Assembly (NCBI GenBank): GCA_017447515.1 | Contig: JAFSNG010000042.1 | Coordinates: 7,186-71,185 of the forward strand | Direction of reading: 5' to 3' | DNA length: 64,000 nt | From: Prevotella sp. | GTDB taxonomy: Bacteria; Bacteroidota; Bacteroidia; Bacteroidales; Bacteroidaceae | Part shown: one piece after another, positions 60,857 to 64,000 of the stretch | Position numbering within the stretch: the first letter of the stretch is position 1 | Layout: every line of letters begins with the position of its first letter | The notes under the pieces: model-generated | What the model was told of the DNA's origin: nothing | Seen by the model: only the letters and a program-made list of their open reading frames with translations | The model's database searches: none | Position numbers and translations under genes: made by a program

Positions 60857-62266
60857 CTACTTTTTCAGACGGAACGAGTTCTCGATACTGTTCATTTCGT
60901 CCTGGAAGGCCTTGTCAACCTTCAAACGCTGCTCGATGGTCGAACAACTATGAATGACGGTGCTGTGGTCGCGGCCTCCAATAAGCTGTCCGATGCGGCC
61001 TGCAGGCATCTTGGTATATTTCTGTGCGAGATACATAGACACCTGACGGACAATGACATAGTCACGCTTGCGCGAACGGCTGAAAACATTCTTCTGCTCA
61101 ACACCATAGTGATGGCAAACCTTCTCCATGATATCATCAACAGTGAGCGGTTTGTTGTCTATCTTGACAGCACGCTGGATGATACGCTGGGCCAGACGCA
61201 GGTCGACATTGGTGTTGTAGACAACGGAATAGGCCAGCAGCGAATTGATGACACCTTCAAGGTCGCGCACGGAACCATTGGCGGTCTCGGCAATATACTC
61301 GATGACGTCGTCGGCAATCTTCAGTCCGTCGCGACGGCATTTGGCATTGAGGATGTCCTTGCACAGCTGTACGTTAGGCTGTTCGAGCTCGGCAATGAGT
61401 CCGCAGGCGAAACGTGTCAACAGGCGGTCCTTCACACCCAGCAGATCGACAGGAGGACGGTCAGAGGCGAGGATTATCTGCTTGCCCAAGCGGAACAGAT
61501 GGTCGAAAATGTGGAAGAACGTGTCAAGGGTCTTCGCGGCAGTAGCCCACTCCTGGATATCATCCACGATGAGCACATCGATGCTCTGGTAGAAGCGGAT
61601 GAAGTCGTTCACCGTATTCCGACGGGTGGCATCGGTAAACTGCACCTGGAACAGACGGGCAGAGACATAAAGTACGCGCCTGCGTGGGTACATCTCTTTA
61701 CAACGCACGCCAATGGCATTGATGAGGTGCGTCTTGCCACATCCCGAGGGTCCATAGACAAAGAAGGGGTTGAAGGTCGACTTGCCCGGATGCTCAGCAA
61801 TGGTCATGCCGACAGTGCGCGGCAGCTTGTTGGAATCACCCTCGATGAAACTCTGGAAGGTCTTGTGCAGGTCGAGCTGCGGATCAAGGTCCTGAGGAGT
61901 AACAGCATCGAGAATAGATGGCGACTTGTTGACACCCTGACGTGCTACGGGAGTATCGATGGCAACAGCCTCGCTACCCTCTTCGTCGATAGTCAGCTTG
62001 TGCTTCTGATCAACGACGATGCGATAGTTCAACTGCACATTATTGCCAAAACAACGACACAACACCTTGCTCAGCAAGTTGACGTAGTGCTGCTCCAGAT
62101 ACTCATACACATACCTGCTCGGTACCTGTACGAGGAGAGTCCGGCTGTCTTCGTTATATTTCTCGAAGACGATTGGCGCGAACCATGTTCTGAATTGCTG
62201 CTCCGTGACGTTGTCCTTGATGATTTGAAGGCAGTTGTCCCAAAGCGCCTTTGGATTCATTTCCAT
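60857..62266 (-). CDS. dnaA: chromosomal replication initiator DnaA
   Basis: FNPFFVYGPSGCGKTHL, LIVDDIQ, SDRPP, VRDLEG, GGRDHSTVIHS. Confidence 0.97.
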   Translation of the reverse strand: MEMNPKALWDNCLQIIKDNVTEQQFRTWFAPIVFEKYNEDSRTLLVQVPSRYVYEYLEQHYVNLLSKVLCRCFGNNVQLNYRIVVDQKHKLTIDEEGSEAVAIDTPVARQGVNKSPSILDAVTPQDLDPQLDLHKTFQSFIEGDSNKLPRTVGMTIAEHPGKSTFNPFFVYGPSGCGKTHLINAIGVRCKEMYPRRRVLYVSARLFQVQFTDATRRNTVNDFIRFYQSIDVLIVDDIQEWATAAKTLDTFFHIFDHLFRLGKQIILASDRPPVDLLGVKDRLLTRFACGLIAELEQPNVQLCKDILNAKCRRDGLKIADDVIEYIAETANGSVRDLEGVINSLLAYSVVYNTNVDLRLAQRIIQRAVKIDNKPLTVDDIMEKVCHHYGVEQKNVFSRSRKRDYVIVRQVSMYLAQKYTKMPAGRIGQLIGGRDHSTVIHSCSTIEQRLKVDKAFQDEMNSIENSFRLKK

Positions 62267-62637
62267 GCGGCGATCGTTGTTTTTTTAATAAGTTACACTA
62301 ATGTGGTTAAAAATGATTTCGATTGCAAAGGTCGGCATTTTTTTTGAATTATGCAAATCCGTATTTTTAATCGGAAAAGTGCAAAAGTCGCGTAACTCGT
62401 TTGTTTATCGCACTTTATGTCACTTTCGGTTTGCTGTTATATACCGAAGCCTCTTGCAAATTTCGAAATAATTGAGCATCAATCACTTACACAATTCTTG
62501 CACACCCAGCACGTCTAGTGCAGTACATATTTTCTGACACGCTCGAAAGTGGGCAATATCAAGCAGTTGCAGCGTTATAGGGCGACTTGTTTATAACCTC
62601 GCGTCTATTTAGACAAAATAAAAATTATAGCGAATTT

Positions 62638-63540
62638 TTATTTATCTTTCTTTCCGAAAATGGAGAAGTGGACGTAACGTTTCGGATGGGCCTTCAGGTC
62701 TACCATCAGCGAGTCAGCCGAGGCCATCGTTGCCGCCAAATTGTTATACAGCGTAGGGTCTCGCATCAGCAGTCCAAGCGTGCCTTCCGTACTGTTCAGC
62801 TTGCGCGTCATCTCGTTGACGTTGGCCAGTGTCTGGTTGACGCCTGCCATCATCGTTGCTACATCGATAGCGGCCAGATTGCCCGTCAGCTGTTGCGTAT
62901 TGTCGAGCACACCATTGGTTTTCTGCATCATGGCAGGCATCTCGCGGTTGAGCGAAGCCGACAGCGAGCGCAAGTCGCGGCTGGTAGCGTTGAGATTGTC
63001 GGTCATTCCCTCCACATTGTGCAGCGTCTGTCGCAGTGCGGGGTCAGCCAACAGGATGTTCAGACTGGTCATGATGCTATCCAGTTTAGGCATCATAGCC
63101 TCGATAGCGGGAACCATCCCTCCCAGTTTGCTCATAATGCCCATTTCAACACCACCGCTGATGGTGTCGCCCTTGGCCACCATGTGGATAGGGTCTTCAC
63201 CGAGTATGAGGTTAATCTTGATATTTCCCAACAGGTCGCTGGATATCTCGGCATGTGAGCCCTGAGGCAGTCGCATTTCCTTGTCCAACCCCATCTCGGC
63301 CACAATCTTGCCCTGCGGGGCGTAGTTATATTCTATACCCTTGATGACACCTACCCTATAGCCGTTGGCATAGACAGGCGTTGAAGCCGAGACCCCGCTG
63401 ACGTCAGTAAACGTCACATAATAAGAGTCGTCGTTAGAAAACACGGTGAGCCCTTTCAGAAATGTCAGTCCGTAGTACAGCACCACGATGCCCAGAATGG
63501 CCACCAAAGCTATTTTCACCTCTTTTGTAAAGAACCTCAT
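62638..63540 (-). CDS. MlaD/MCE family protein
   Basis: N-terminal TM, VYANGYRVG, SDLLG, helical tail, GTLGLL..D..LY, PKRYVHFS. Confidence 0.88.
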   Translation of the reverse strand: MRFFTKEVKIALVAILGIVVLYYGLTFLKGLTVFSNDDSYYVTFTDVSGVSASTPVYANGYRVGVIKGIEYNYAPQGKIVAEMGLDKEMRLPQGSHAEISSDLLGNIKINLILGEDPIHMVAKGDTISGGVEMGIMSKLGGMVPAIEAMMPKLDSIMTSLNILLADPALRQTLHNVEGMTDNLNATSRDLRSLSASLNREMPAMMQKTNGVLDNTQQLTGNLAAIDVATMMAGVNQTLANVNEMTRKLNSTEGTLGLLMRDPTLYNNLAATMASADSLMVDLKAHPKRYVHFSIFGKKDK

Positions 63541-63998
63541 ATTTTTTTCTTTTTACTTTTAAACTCCCGTATGGCCTCCTGAACGTTCATCTTCGCTCCG
63601 TCCTTGAAGGCAATGATGAAACACTGGGGGAACGTCGCTGCCAGCGTCTTGCGCAGCTGGTATATCTCGTTGTAATTCTCAGAAGCACCGACTGTATATT
63701 TATACATTCCAGCCTCCTGGTAATAGTCAGCGTTCTGGCCCTTCAACTGCGGGTCGTTGGCCTTGAGCTTCGTGCTGGTACCCAGAATCTGCACCTTGAA
63801 CACTGGTGCTGACGACGTTGCGGGTGCAGCAAGCGTCGCGGGTGTCGCAGGCGCAGACAGTATAACAGCGGGCTTCGACGGCGCTGCAGCAACGGTGTCA
63901 GGACTTGCTGCGGGCTGTTCTTCTACTTTGGGCTGTTCGACGGGTTGTTCCATAGGAACGACAATCGTCTGTTCTTCCTTCTTCGGCTCCTGCTTCTT
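63537..63998 (-). CDS. C-terminal part of probable N-acetylmuramoyl-L-alanine amidase (truncated by window)
   Basis: Pro/Ala linker + VFKVQI...YKYTVG...FIIAFKDG SPOR-like domain; the amidase-MCE-dnaA order is typical of Bacteroidales. The catalytic domain is outside the window. Confidence 0.7.
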   Translation of the reverse strand, partial: KKQEPKKEEQTIVVPMEQPVEQPKVEEQPAASPDTVAAAPSKPAVILSAPATPATLAAPATSSAPVFKVQILGTSTKLKANDPQLKGQNADYYQEAGMYKYTVGASENYNEIYQLRKTLAATFPQCFIIAFKDGAKMNVQEAIREFKSKKKKI

Positions 63999-64000
63999 CG

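Noticed and set aside
60755-62347. 530-aa plus-strand ORF antisense to dnaA (likewise 17636-19000, 19812-21374, 28113-29363, 35840-37078, 59540-60751)
   Set aside because: Shadow ORFs on the reverse strand of well-supported genes, expected from GC-rich third codon positions; no recognisable motifs.
62267-62637. oriC next to dnaA
   Set aside because: No cluster of perfect TTATCCACA boxes or clear DUE repeats; proximity to dnaA alone is insufficient in Bacteroidota.

Overview
A 64-kb chromosomal window from a Bacteroidota bacterium, most likely a rumen/gut Prevotella relative. This is inferred from TAnnTTTG -7 promoter boxes, Prevotella-type T9SS C-terminal tails and the amidase-MCE-dnaA gene order. 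It contains (i) housekeeping genes (trxB, trpB2, asnB, pepD, fba, ftsX-DUF3098-uppP-truB-queA-folK, mnmA, rsmD, dnaA); (ii) a ~31-kb plant-glycan CAZyme region without SusC/SusD (several GH43, a GH27-GH2 fusion, GH94, GH2, GH51, CE6, a hybrid two-component regulator); and (iii) further pectin/xylan enzymes (GH28, GH30, CE8-PL1). I saw no rRNA, tRNA, CRISPR array, transposase or phage gene. The most unusual signals are non-coding: a ~35-bp mini-element (ATTCGCAACGCCACA + variable CTCT..AGAG hairpin) in three copies, one in-frame inside a gene; heptamer tandem repeats and GC-rich palindromes inside coding sequences; a 29-bp operator at a fixed distance upstream of three CAZyme promoters; a shared ECF-like promoter (GACAAA-N13-CGTCTA); and a candidate sRNA divergent from a degenerate kinase-fold/AraC regulator, with a 20-bp inverted repeat between them. 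All family assignments come from motif recognition by eye, not database searches.
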